Shown here: positions 40,186 to 50,100 of the stretch, piece after piece
How the letters are laid out: each line of letters starts with the position of its first letter
How positions within the stretch are numbered: the first letter of the stretch is position 1
Assembly: GCA_965217585.1 (NCBI GenBank)
Contig: OZ244561.1
Location: forward strand, 160,001 to 224,000
DNA: 64,000 nt
Direction of reading: 5' to 3'
Origin: Candidatus Latescibacterota bacterium
Lineage (GTDB): Bacteria > Latescibacterota > UBA2968 > UBA8231
Program-made: the position numbers and the translations under genes
The notes under the pieces: generated by a model
The model's input: the letters and a program-made list of their open reading frames with translations, nothing else
What the model was told of the DNA's origin: nothing
Database searches by the model: none

Positions 40186-41124
40186 TCAGGCGGGTACGGA
40201 AGCGATGAGGTACTCCAATTTTTCGCCTCCCAGCGGCGAGATCTCGCAAGCGCGGCCAGCCGGCACCAGCGCAGTCGCGCCCGTGCCCAAGGTGCACTCG
40301 CCCACGCGCGCCCGGCCGCGGACGACCGTCAGCGACAGAAACGATCCCTCGGCCCGATGCTCAGCCTGGCCTCGGTCTAAGCCACAGCCGCGCAGCACAA
40401 AGTGCTCGGACTCTACCAGCACTTGGCCCCGCAGCACGGGATGCGTCACCGGCCCGGGCAGGCGTTGGGCAAAGTCGATGACCTCAAGGGCCTGCTCCCA
40501 GTGCAGGGCGCGCGGCCGGCCGTAGTCGTAAATGCGGAAGGTCAGGTCGCTCGTTTGCTGCACCTCGTACAGAACGACCCCCTGGCACAGGGCGTGTACC
40601 GTACCCGGCGGCACAAAGAGCACGTCCCCTTGCGCGACCGGGTAAAAGCGGACGACCTCGGAGACGCGGTTGGCCGCGTGCGCGGCGACAAACTCCGCGC
40701 GGCCCACGCCCTCGGCCAGTCCGCAAGCTACGCGGCCGCCGTCTGATTGCAGCACGTACCAAGCCTCCATCTTGCCGCTGTCCACCAACCCATTGCGCCG
40801 GGCGTACTCGTCGTCGGGATGCACTTGGATCGACAGATCTTGCTGGGCGTCGAGGAGCTTAATAAGCAAGGGGAAGCGTTCTTGGTAGCGCGACCACACC
40901 GCAGCACCGACCAAGTCGGCGCGGTGCGTGGCCACCAACTCGCGCAGCGAGCGACCGTCCGCCGCCCGGCTCTCGCGGCCCTCGTACGCCGACAGCTCAA
41001 AGGACTCGCCAATGAGCGCATCGCCCGGCAGGGCCTTGCCGTAGAGCGCAGCTAAGCGACGACCGCCCCACACCATCTCCCGGTAATAGGGCGTCAAGGG
41101 AATGACATCGGGCAATTTATCCAT
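40186..41124 (-). CDS. manA: Class I mannose-6-phosphate isomerase
   Basis: 'VWGG', 'FPLLIKLLDA', 'LSIQVHPDD', 'KMEAWY', 'GTVHAL', 'EVQQTSDLTFRIYDY'. Confidence 0.88.
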   Translation of the reverse strand: MDKLPDVIPLTPYYREMVWGGRRLAALYGKALPGDALIGESFELSAYEGRESRAADGRSLRELVATHRADLVGAAVWSRYQERFPLLIKLLDAQQDLSIQVHPDDEYARRNGLVDSGKMEAWYVLQSDGGRVACGLAEGVGRAEFVAAHAANRVSEVVRFYPVAQGDVLFVPPGTVHALCQGVVLYEVQQTSDLTFRIYDYGRPRALHWEQALEVIDFAQRLPGPVTHPVLRGQVLVESEHFVLRGCGLDRGQAEHRAEGSFLSLTVVRGRARVGECTLGTGATALVPAGRACEISPLGGEKLEYLIASVPA

Positions 41125-42151
41125 CGACTGCAACACGTTCACAGTTTCGACCAAGTACCAGCTCCCGCGAGGTCTCCAACAGCGACTCCTTGCGCGGCAG
41201 GTCAGCAGCTAGCGGCAACTGGGCCACGCCAATGAGCCGCCGCATGATCTCCATCCCGGCAAATTGCAGCGCCAAGCTGCGGGAAAGCGAAGGGTCGGTG
41301 CCGTAGTGGTCAAACACCGACTGCGCTAGTTCCAAGGGACGACCGGCGAGCAACAGGTGGCCGACGAGAATGCCCACGTCGAATTCCGGCGGGCCAAAGA
41401 AGCAAAACTCCGGATCGATGATCCACACGCCCCCACCGGCGCGCACCCAACTTCCCGGATAGAAGTCTCCGTGCAACAGGCAGGGGCCGTTTTCCAAGTA
41501 GAGCGCGCCCAGTTCGGCAATGGCGCTGCAATACGCCGCGTCGCCTTGCAAAGCTTGGGCGACCCGCGCTAGCCCGGGCGTGATCGCGTCGAGGTCGAGG
41601 CCGTTGTCCGGGCGCAGCGGGAAGCAGTACAAATGCTCGTGGTTGAGCTGGCGCATGGCGCGGTTTTCCAAGCGCGTCCGGGTCGGCTCGTCAAATGCCG
41701 CTTGGTGCAAGGACGCCAACCACTGGCACAGACCCGGCAAGGATGCAAACGCAGCCTCGCCATCATTGTACAAATCGGTACAATCCGCAGTCTCCCCCAA
41801 GTCTTCAAACGCGGCGACAAAATTCTCCTCGTCCCAACCCAAGAAGCCGGGCATGCGCTCGGCCACCAACGGGCAACCGGCAACGGCCTGGTAAAAGGCG
41901 GCCTCCACCAGCACCCGCTCCTCGGGCGCGGGAATGTCCGGGTACTTCTCGACCCAGGGACGCGACTGCTTGAGTATGAAGGAACGCTCTGCGGTCTGTA
42001 CGCGCAGGGTGAGGTTCATGTTGCCTTCACCAGCGCGGCCTAGCGCACACACCGATTCCGCGGGCAAAAGCCATCCTCGGGCACGTGCGTACGCGGCCAA
42101 CTCTTCGGGCCGGTCGATGTGCAGCAACGTGTAATTAGCTCGGTTTTCCAT
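41117..42151 (-). CDS. APH-like phosphotransferase (methylthioribose kinase-like)
   Basis: 'GEGNMN', 'ILKQSRPW', 'LLHGDFYPGS', 'IDPEFCFFGPPEFDVG'. Confidence 0.78.
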   Translation of the reverse strand: MENRANYTLLHIDRPEELAAYARARGWLLPAESVCALGRAGEGNMNLTLRVQTAERSFILKQSRPWVEKYPDIPAPEERVLVEAAFYQAVAGCPLVAERMPGFLGWDEENFVAAFEDLGETADCTDLYNDGEAAFASLPGLCQWLASLHQAAFDEPTRTRLENRAMRQLNHEHLYCFPLRPDNGLDLDAITPGLARVAQALQGDAAYCSAIAELGALYLENGPCLLHGDFYPGSWVRAGGGVWIIDPEFCFFGPPEFDVGILVGHLLLAGRPLELAQSVFDHYGTDPSLSRSLALQFAGMEIMRRLIGVAQLPLAADLPRKESLLETSRELVLGRNCERVAVDG

Positions 42152-42394
42152 CGTTTATCTTGCATTCGTCTTTTTGTTTGCCCCTAAAGGTATATGACGA
42201 TGGGGGCGAGACAATACCGGGTGCGGGATGCGGCTTGCTAGCGCGTACCCCAATCGGCTTGATAGCACCCCTACCAGCTTGACATCAAGCGGGTAAACCC
42301 TATCAATTGAGGCATATCGGTGGCCAGCCCCATCACGCAGTGCGGGCCAAGGTCGCGATTCCACAACCAAGCTGCACTAGCGACTTCAGAATCT

Positions 42395-43861
42395 ATGACA
42401 CCTGCTGACCTTAATATTCTCATCCAGCAAGGCGAAGGCACCACGCTTGAGTTCAAGGAGAGCCTCTCGTCGTCTTTCTCACGCGAACTCGTGGCTATGG
42501 CCAACACAGTTGGGGGTAAACTCCTGCTCGGAGTGCGCGATGACGGCACGGTGACCGGCGTCAAAGACTCCAATGCGCTGCGGGCCCGTATTCAGGACAT
42601 CGCCCGCAACTGCGACCCTCCGGTGAAGGTACTGGTGGAGCCGGTGGATGACGTATTAGCAGTGCATGTACGGGAAAGCGACGCCAAGCCGGTGCAGTGC
42701 AGCGAGGGCTTCTTCTGGCGTCAGGGCGCGGGGACCCAAAAGCTCAGCCGCGACGAAATCCGCGATTTCTTCCGCAGCGAGGGCGTGATCCGGTTCGACC
42801 TCTCGCCCTGCTCCCGTTTCAGCTACCCGGAAGACTTCGACCGCGCGAAGTACGACGCTTGGCTTAAGCTGTCCGGCATCACTGGACAACCGCCGGTCGA
42901 AGACGTGCTGGTCAACATCGAGGTCGCCGAGCGAGCGGGCGACAAGCTGCTCTTCCGCAACGCAGGCGTGCTCTTCTTCGCCAAGAACGTGCGCCACTTC
43001 TTCTCGGAGGCATATATCACCTGCCTGCTGGGCAAGGGCGCGGACAAAGTGCATATCCTCGACCGACGAGACTTTGACGGCGGCATCGTGGCCGACATTG
43101 AGGATGCCTTGCGGTTCATTGAGCGCAATACCCGCACGGCCTATCGCATTGAAAGCCTGCGCCGCGAAAACATCCCGGAATACCCGATGAAGGCGCTGCG
43201 CGAGGCCATCACCAACGCGGTCATGCACCGCGATTGGTTTTTCGAGGGTGCCAACGTCTTCGTCGAGATCTACGCCAATCGCGTTGAGGTGATAAGTCCC
43301 GGCGGCCTGCCATCAGGACTGAAGTTGGCCGAACTCGGCCGCGAGAGCATCCGCCGCAATCCACTAATCGCCGATCTGCTCCACCGCATTGAGTTCATTG
43401 AAAAAGCGGGCACTGGAATTCGTCGCATTCGGGACGAGGCGAGGGAACAGGGCTGCCCAGAACCGGAATTTAAGATTCGGGGAGCCTTTTTCGTCGTTGT
43501 TTTCCGACCAGACCCCGAGGTGCGGGCATTAGAAGATCAAGTTACCGGGGAAGTTACCGGGGAAGTTACCGGGGAAGTTACCCCCCATGATACCCCCCAA
43601 GATACCCCCCAAGATACCGGAATAGCGCGTCTGTTAGAGGTAATATCGGGCGAGATGAATAGAAGACAGATCCAAGAAGCCTTGGGCCTGAAGAATACCA
43701 AACACGTCCGCAAAACCTATCTGCTCCCCGCCCTGCAAGCCGGCCTGATCGAAATGACCATCCCCGACAAGCCGCGCAGCAGCAAGCAACGCTACCGCCT
43801 GACGACGGCGGGACGCGAATATTTGCACAAATCCAAAGGGCAGGATAATGGCGAAGACTGA
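42395..43861 (+). CDS. AlbA_2 (Schlafen-like) domain / HATPase_c_4-type ATP-binding protein with C-terminal HTH
   Basis: 'GEGTTLEFKE', 'AMANTVGGKLLLGVRDDG', 'ALREAITNAVMHRD', 'SPGGLP', 'RNPLIA', 'EKAGTG', C-terminal 'MTIPDKPRSSKQRYRLT'. Confidence 0.85.
   Translation: MTPADLNILIQQGEGTTLEFKESLSSSFSRELVAMANTVGGKLLLGVRDDGTVTGVKDSNALRARIQDIARNCDPPVKVLVEPVDDVLAVHVRESDAKPVQCSEGFFWRQGAGTQKLSRDEIRDFFRSEGVIRFDLSPCSRFSYPEDFDRAKYDAWLKLSGITGQPPVEDVLVNIEVAERAGDKLLFRNAGVLFFAKNVRHFFSEAYITCLLGKGADKVHILDRRDFDGGIVADIEDALRFIERNTRTAYRIESLRRENIPEYPMKALREAITNAVMHRDWFFEGANVFVEIYANRVEVISPGGLPSGLKLAELGRESIRRNPLIADLLHRIEFIEKAGTGIRRIRDEAREQGCPEPEFKIRGAFFVVVFRPDPEVRALEDQVTGEVTGEVTGEVTPHDTPQDTPQDTGIARLLEVISGEMNRRQIQEALGLKNTKHVRKTYLLPALQAGLIEMTIPDKPRSSKQRYRLTTAGREYLHKSKGQDNGED
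43539..43620 (+). repeat. 12-bp tandem repeats (VTGE x3, DTPQ-like x3) in the linker of the AlbA_2 protein
   Basis: AAGTTACCGGGG repeats followed by GATACCCCCCAA repeats. Confidence 0.85.
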
Positions 43862-43872
43862 GGCTCACTAGC

Positions 43873-43914
43873 AATCGTCTTCGCCAACGCTTCTTCAAGA
43901 GCGGCTTGCCCGAA
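43873..43914 (+). repeat. 42-bp imperfect direct repeat, copy 1
   Basis: 39/42 identical to 58016-58057. Confidence 0.85.
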
Positions 43915-43938
43915 AGCGCTAAGAAGCATTCTTAAAAC

Positions 43939-44110
43939 CAATACGGTTTAGTTAAGCGAAAAAAGCGAGACGCCTCTAGCCTGTTGCTCGCTCTCTTTTG
44001 CCTCGTCATTCCTGCGGAAGCAGGAATCCAGCGGGGCGGGGAGACTGGACTCCTGCTTCCGCAGGAGTGACACCCCATGCAACCCACATCATGCTAACTA
44101 AACCGTATTG
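43939..44110. mobile_element. 172-bp MITE with CAATACGGTTTAGTTA terminal inverted repeats and 10-bp target duplication
   Basis: Ends CAATACGGTTTAGTTA / TAACTAAACCGTATTG; flanks TTCTTAAAAC (43929-43938) and TTTTTAAAAC (44111-44120); contains a REP-like palindrome pair at 44005-44071. Confidence 0.85.
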
Positions 44111-44151
44111 TTTTTAAAACTCGCGTCGGGTGTCAGGTGTCGAAGAATGGG

Positions 44152-44179
44152 GTAGGGGCGACCGGCCGGTCGCCCCTAC
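44152..44179. repeat. 28-bp perfect palindrome (GTAG-type REP), copy 1
   Basis: GTAGGGGCGACCGGCCGGTCGCCCCTAC; overlaps the stop codon of the giant gene; identical copy at 56889-56916. Confidence 0.9.
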
Positions 44180-47100
44180 TTGAGGTAGAGTAGGCGCTTA
44201 GTCTGCACCCCGCCCGGATAGTGCAGCCGCACCAGATACATCCCCGCCGACACCAACGCGCCGCGCCGATCGCGCGCATCCCAGCGAACCTGATAGAAGC
44301 CAGCGTCCTGGTATTGATCGACCAGCGTGCGCAGGGGTTGTCCGAGGAGGTTGTAAATCTCCAGCCGCACCGCGCCGGGCGTGGCCAAGCGGTAGGGGAT
44401 GAGGGTACGGCTGTTGAAGGGGTTGGGGAAATTGGGTGCCAAGCCGGACGACGCGGCCACCACCTTGGCCGCTGCGGCCGTCACGCTGATAGAGTTGGGT
44501 CGGTTGCCTACGCCGGCCGGGTTGATGGCCTTCACTCGATAGATGTGCCGCACCTCCGGCGTCGCATCCGTATCGGTGTAGCTCGTCGCCGTGCTGCCGG
44601 TGTCGGCCACGTAGATTAGCAGTTCGTCCTCGCCGAAGTAGGGTCGTCGCCGCAGGATTTGGTAGCCGGTGATCGTATCGTCGTCGGGCGCGTCCCAATT
44701 CAGGGTGATCGAGCCATCGCTGTTGGCGACGCCCATCAGGTTCTGCGGTGCCGGCGGCTCTTGGGGTTGGTCTTCTTCCGGCGGCTGGTCTTCTTCCGGC
44801 TGGTCTTCTTCCTCCGGCTGTTGGTCTTCCTCCGGCTGTTGGTCTTCTTCCGGCTGGTCTTCCTCCGGCTGTTGGTCTTCCTCCGGCGGCTGGTCTTCTT
44901 CCTCCGGCTGTTGGTCTTCCTCCGGCTGTTGGTCTTCTTCCGGCTGTTGGTCTTCTTCCGGCTGTTGGTCTTCTTCCGGCTGTTGGTCCTCCGGCTGTTG
45001 GTCCTCCGGCTGCTGTTGGTCCTCCGGCTGTTGTTCTTCTTCCGGCGGCTGGTCTTCCTCCGGCTGCTGTTGGTCCTCCGGCTGCTGGTCTTCTTCCGGC
45101 TGCTGCTGATCTTCCTCGTCTTGCTGGTCTTCTTCCTCCGGCTGTTGGTCTTCTTCCGGCTGTTGGTCCTCCGGCTGTTGTTCTTCCGACTGTTGGCCCT
45201 CTTCCGGCTGGTCTTCCTCCGGCTGTTGGTCCTCCGGCTGCTGTTGGTCCTCCGGCTGCTGGTCTTCTTCCGGCTGCTGGTCTTCCTCCGGCTGTTGGTC
45301 TTCTTCCGGCTGGTCTTCTTCTTCCGGCTGGTCTTCTTCTTCCGGCTGGTCTTCTTCTTCCGGCTGGTCTTCTTCTTCCGGCTGGTTTTCTTCCTCCGGC
45401 GGCTGGTCTTCTTCCGGCTGGTTTTCTTCCTCCGGCGGCTGGTCTTCCTCCGGCTGCTCTTCTTCCTCCGGCTGCTCTTCTTCCTCCGGCTGCTCTTCCT
45501 CCGGCTGCTCTTCCTCGTCTTGCTGGTCTTCTTCCGGCGGCTGGTCTTCTTCTTCCGGCGGCTGCTGATCTTCCTCGTCTTGCTGGTCTTCTTCTTCCGG
45601 CTGCTGGTCTTCTTCCGGCGGCTGCTGATCTTCCTCGTCTTGCTGGTCTTCTTCCTCCGGCTGTTGGTCCTCCGGCTGCTGTTGGTCCTCCGACTGTTGG
45701 TCTTCCTCCGGCTGTTGGTCTTCTTCCGGCTGGTCTTCTTCTTCCGGCTGTTGGTCTTCTTCCGGCTGGTTTTCTTCCTCCGGCTGGTTTTCTTCCGGCT
45801 GCTCTTCTTCCTCCGACTGCTGGTCTTCCTCCGGCGGCTGGTCTTCCTCCGGCGGCTGGTCTTCCTCCGGCTGCTCTTCCTCCGGCGGCTGCTCTTCCGG
45901 CTGGTCTTCTTCCTCCGGCTGCTCTTCCTCCGGCTGCTCTTCTTCCGGCGGCTGTTCTTCCGGCGGCTGGTCTTCCTCCGGCGGCTGCTCTTCCTCCGGC
46001 TGCTCTTCCTCCGGCTGGTCTTCCTCCGGCGGCTGTTCTTCTTCCACCTTGGTCGCTGCGGCCGTCACGTTGACATAGTTGGATCGGTTGCCCACGCCGG
46101 CCGGGTTGATGGCCTTCACCCGGTAGGCGTGCCGCACCTTCGGCGTCGCATCCGTATCGGTGTAGCTCGTCGCCGTGCTGCCGGTGTCGGCCACGTAGAT
46201 TAGCAGTTCGGCCTCGCCGAGGGTGGGGCGTCGCCGCAGGATTTGGTAACCGGTGATCGTATCGTCGTCGGGCGCGTCCCAACTCAGGGTGATCGAGCCG
46301 TCGCTGTTGGCGACGCCCGTCAGGTTCTGCGGTGCCGGCGGCGGCTCTGGCTGTTGTTCTTCTTCCTCTGGCTGTTGTTCTTCTTCCGGCTGTTGTTCTT
46401 CCTCCGGCTGTTGTTCTTCCGGCTGCTGGTCTTCTTCCGCCGTCGGCGGGGCATCCGGCCCGGAAGTAGCCAACGCCACCGCGCGCACCCCTCGGTAGTT
46501 CGACACGTCGCTGAGTGCGCGGCCCCGAATCGCCTTCACCCCGTAGATGTAGCGCACGCCCTCCTCGACGTCCGCGTCGGTGTAGGCGGTCGCCGAACTG
46601 CCGGTGTCCCCCACCAAGATCAGCAGGGTGTTCTCGCCTTCCTCCGGCCGCCGGCGCAGCACCCGATAGCCCGTCACTTCGTCAGACGCCGCCTTCGGCG
46701 CCTGCCAGCTCAGCACGATGCCCTCGCCAGTCGCCTTCGCCTCCAAATCACGCGGCGCACGCGCCGGGGTCAGATCCTCCGTCGAGGCGTCGCCGGCCTT
46801 GGTGATGCGGACCTGGCCGTTCTCCATCTTGTAGAGCGTCTGCCATCCGGCAAGATCGTAGTAGTCGTACTTACCCGGAGGCAGTTGGCCGATGACCTGA
46901 AACTGCAACGCGACCAAATTGGCGGCGCTCCCGGACATGCCATCGATGCCTTTGCACCGCGCGTCCGATTCGCCGTCCACCAACGCGTCCAGCGCACAGT
47001 TGAGCTCCAGGAGCCGGTCTTCAAGCTCCCCCAGCTCCACCGTGGGGGCGTCCGTCGAGCCGCTGCCCGAGTCCGACCACGAGCCGGTGCCCTCGTCGTT

Positions 47101-50100
47101 GGTCGCCCGCACCTGCACCTGATAGGACGTGTTCTCCGACAGACTCGACAGCGTCGCCGTGACGGCGGTGCCGGTGTGGTTGCCGTCGCTCCAGTCCCCG
47201 GTGGTGCCCGCCCGGTACTGCACGTCGTAGTCGTCGATAGCCGGACCGGCGTTGGCCGGTGCCGACCAACTCACCGTCAGACTCGTCACCGACGCCGCCG
47301 ACACCGTCGGCGCGGTCGGCTTGCCCGGCGCTTCGCCGCCCACGTCCGTCACCGTTACCGTGATCGTCTGCGTGGCGGTCTTCACCCGCGTGCCCGTGCC
47401 GCTGGTCGCCTGCACCGTCACCACGTAGGTGTTGTCGGTCCCCTGGTCCTCGGCGTCCTCGAAGTTCGGCGCATCGTCGAACGTCAGCGCCCCGGAGGTC
47501 GCGCCGATCGAGAAGAACGCCTGGTCCGCCCCGCCGGTGATCGCGTAGCCGGTGATGTCGTCGCCCGTGTCGCCGTCGGTCGCCAGCACCGTGCCGGCCG
47601 TGGTCTGGTTCTCCGCCGCGTCGAACGTCGCCGAAGAGCTGAACGTCGGCGCCGCGTTCGCGTCCGTCGTGCCGCTGCCCGAGTCCGACCACGAGCCGGT
47701 GCCCTCGTCGTTGGTGGCCCGCACCTGCACCTGGTAGGAGGTGTTCTCCGACAGACTCGACAGCGTCGCCGTGACGGCGGTGCCGACGTGGTTGCCGTCG
47801 CTCCAGTCCCCGGTGGTGCCCGCCCGGTACTGCACGTCGTAGTCGTCGATGGCCGGACCGGCGTTGGCCGGTGCCGACCAACTCACCGTCAGGCTCGTCA
47901 CCGAGGCCGCCGACACCGTCGGCGCGGTCGGCTTGCCCGGCGCTTCGCCGCCCACGTCGGTGACCGTTACCGTGATCGTCTGCGTGGCGGTCTTCACCCG
48001 CGTGCCCGTGCCGCTGGTCGCCTGCACCTCCACCACGTAGGTGTTGTTGGTGCCCTGGTCCTGCGCGTCCTCGAAGTTGGGCGCATCGTCGAACGTCAGC
48101 GCCCCCGACGTCGCCCCGATCGAGAAGAACGCCTGGTCTGCCCCGCCGGTGAGCGCGTAGCCGGTGATGTCGTCGCCCGTGTCGCCGTCGGTCGCCAGCA
48201 CCGTGCCGGCCGTGGTCTGGTTCTCCGCCGCGTCGAACGCCGCCGAAGAGGAGAACGACGGTGCCGCGTTGGCGTCCGTCGTGCCGCTGCCCGAGTCCGA
48301 CCACGAGCCGGTGCCCTCGTCGTTGGTGGCCCGCACCTGCACCTGATAGGACGTGTTCTCCGAAAGTCCCGACAGCGTCGCCGTGACGGCGGTGCCGGTG
48401 TGGCCGCCATCCGTCCAGCTCCCGCTGGTGCCTTCCCGGTACTGCACGTCGTAGTCGGTGATGGCCGGACCGGCGTTGTTCGGCGCGGTCCAGGTCACGG
48501 TCAGGCTCGTCACCGAGGCGGCCGACACCGTCGGCGCGGCCGGCTTGCCCGGCGCTTCGCCGGCCACGTCGGTGACCGTCACCGTGATCGTCTGCGTCGC
48601 CGTCTTTACCCGCGTGCCTGTGCCGCTGGTCGCCTGCACCGTCACCTCGTACTCGTTGTCGGTGTCCGCGTCCTTGGCGTCCTCGAAGTTGGGAGCCGCC
48701 TTGAACGTCAGCGCCCCGTCCGTCGCCCCGATCGAGAACAGCGCCTGGTCCGCGCCGCCGCTGATCGCGTAGCCCTCGATGTTGTCTTCCGAATCGCTGT
48801 CGGTCGCCAGCACCGTGCCCGCCGAGGTCTGGTTCTCCGCCGCGTCGAACGTCGCCGAAGAGGAGAACGACGGTGCCGCGTTGGCGTCCGTTGACGGAAA
48901 GACCTCCTTCGGCAGGCCCGACGCCGCCCGGGCGAAGCTGTAGCCATCGTGGCCGCTGGGCAAAGACGGCTGGTTGGTGAGGTCAATGTCCGCGGTCACC
49001 GCCGCCGTTGTCCCGGCCGTGCGGGTCACCGTCACAGGCGTGCCCTCCACCGAGCCCGTCGCGACGTCGAGCACCGTCGCGCCGCCATCGAGCGCGCCGT
49101 TCACCACCGTCACCGGGATATCGACCGCGAACGGTGCCCCCGTCAGCACCTCCGCCCGCACCTGATCGGACTCCACCTTCTCCAGCGTCACGGTCAGGGG
49201 CAGCGGGTCTTCGATGTTGCCTTGTAGCTGGAGCGAATCCAGCTGCGTCAGGCCGGTGAACGCGCCGGCGGGAAGCGAACTGAGTTCGTTGTCCCCCAGA
49301 GCGAGCAACCCCAGCGCCGTCAGGTCGGTGAACGCGCCGGCGGGAAGCGAACTGAGTTCGTTGGATTGCAGAAGGAGATGCCTCAGCTTCGTCATGCCGG
49401 TGAACGCGCCGGCAGGAAGCGAACTGAGTTCGTTGGATTGCAGAAAGAGTTGCCACAGCGCCGTCAGGTCGGTGAACACGCCGGCAGGAAGCGAACTGAG
49501 TTCGTTGTCGTTCAGATGGAGATACGCCAGCGCGGTCGTGCCGGTGAACGCGTCGGCGGGAAGCGAACTGAGTTCGTTGTTCTCCAGATAGAGATTCTTC
49601 AGCGCCGTCAGGCCGGAGAACGCGCCGGCGGGAAGTGAGCTGAGTTCGTTGTCGTTCAGATGGATCCGCTGCAGCTTCGTCAGGCCGGTGAACACGCCGG
49701 CGGGAAGCGAACTGAGTTCGTTGGATTGCAGACGGAGCGTATGCAGCGCGATCAGGCCGGTGAACACGCCGGCGGGAAGCGAGCCGAGTTCGTTGTTTTG
49801 CAGATGGATCCGCTGCAGCGCCGTCAGGCCGGTGAACACACCGTCGGGAAGCGAACTGAGCGCGTTGTCGTTCAGATAGAGATTCTTCAGCGCGGTCAGG
49901 TCAGAGAAGTCGTCCGACTGCAGGGACCTGATGCCCATATCCGGGATGTCGAGATGAGTCACGTCGGCCAGGTGCGCCGTCATCACGTCGGCGCAGTCCG
50001 ACACACCGTCGATTGCAGCCACGATCGCGTTCCGCACCTGCTCGGTGCGGCCGCAGATGCCGGACATCGGCGTCACCGGATCCGTTTCCACCGCTGTGCT

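Noticed and set aside
44198-48894. Long alternative-frame ORFs (694, 514, 441 and 883 aa)
   Set aside because: By-products of stop-poor low-complexity and tandem repeats within the giant gene.
49210-49920. Conserved 20-mer recurring every 72 bp with variable intervals (CRISPR-like spacing)
   Set aside because: Encodes 24-aa leucine-rich repeats in frame; the intervals are homologous to each other.
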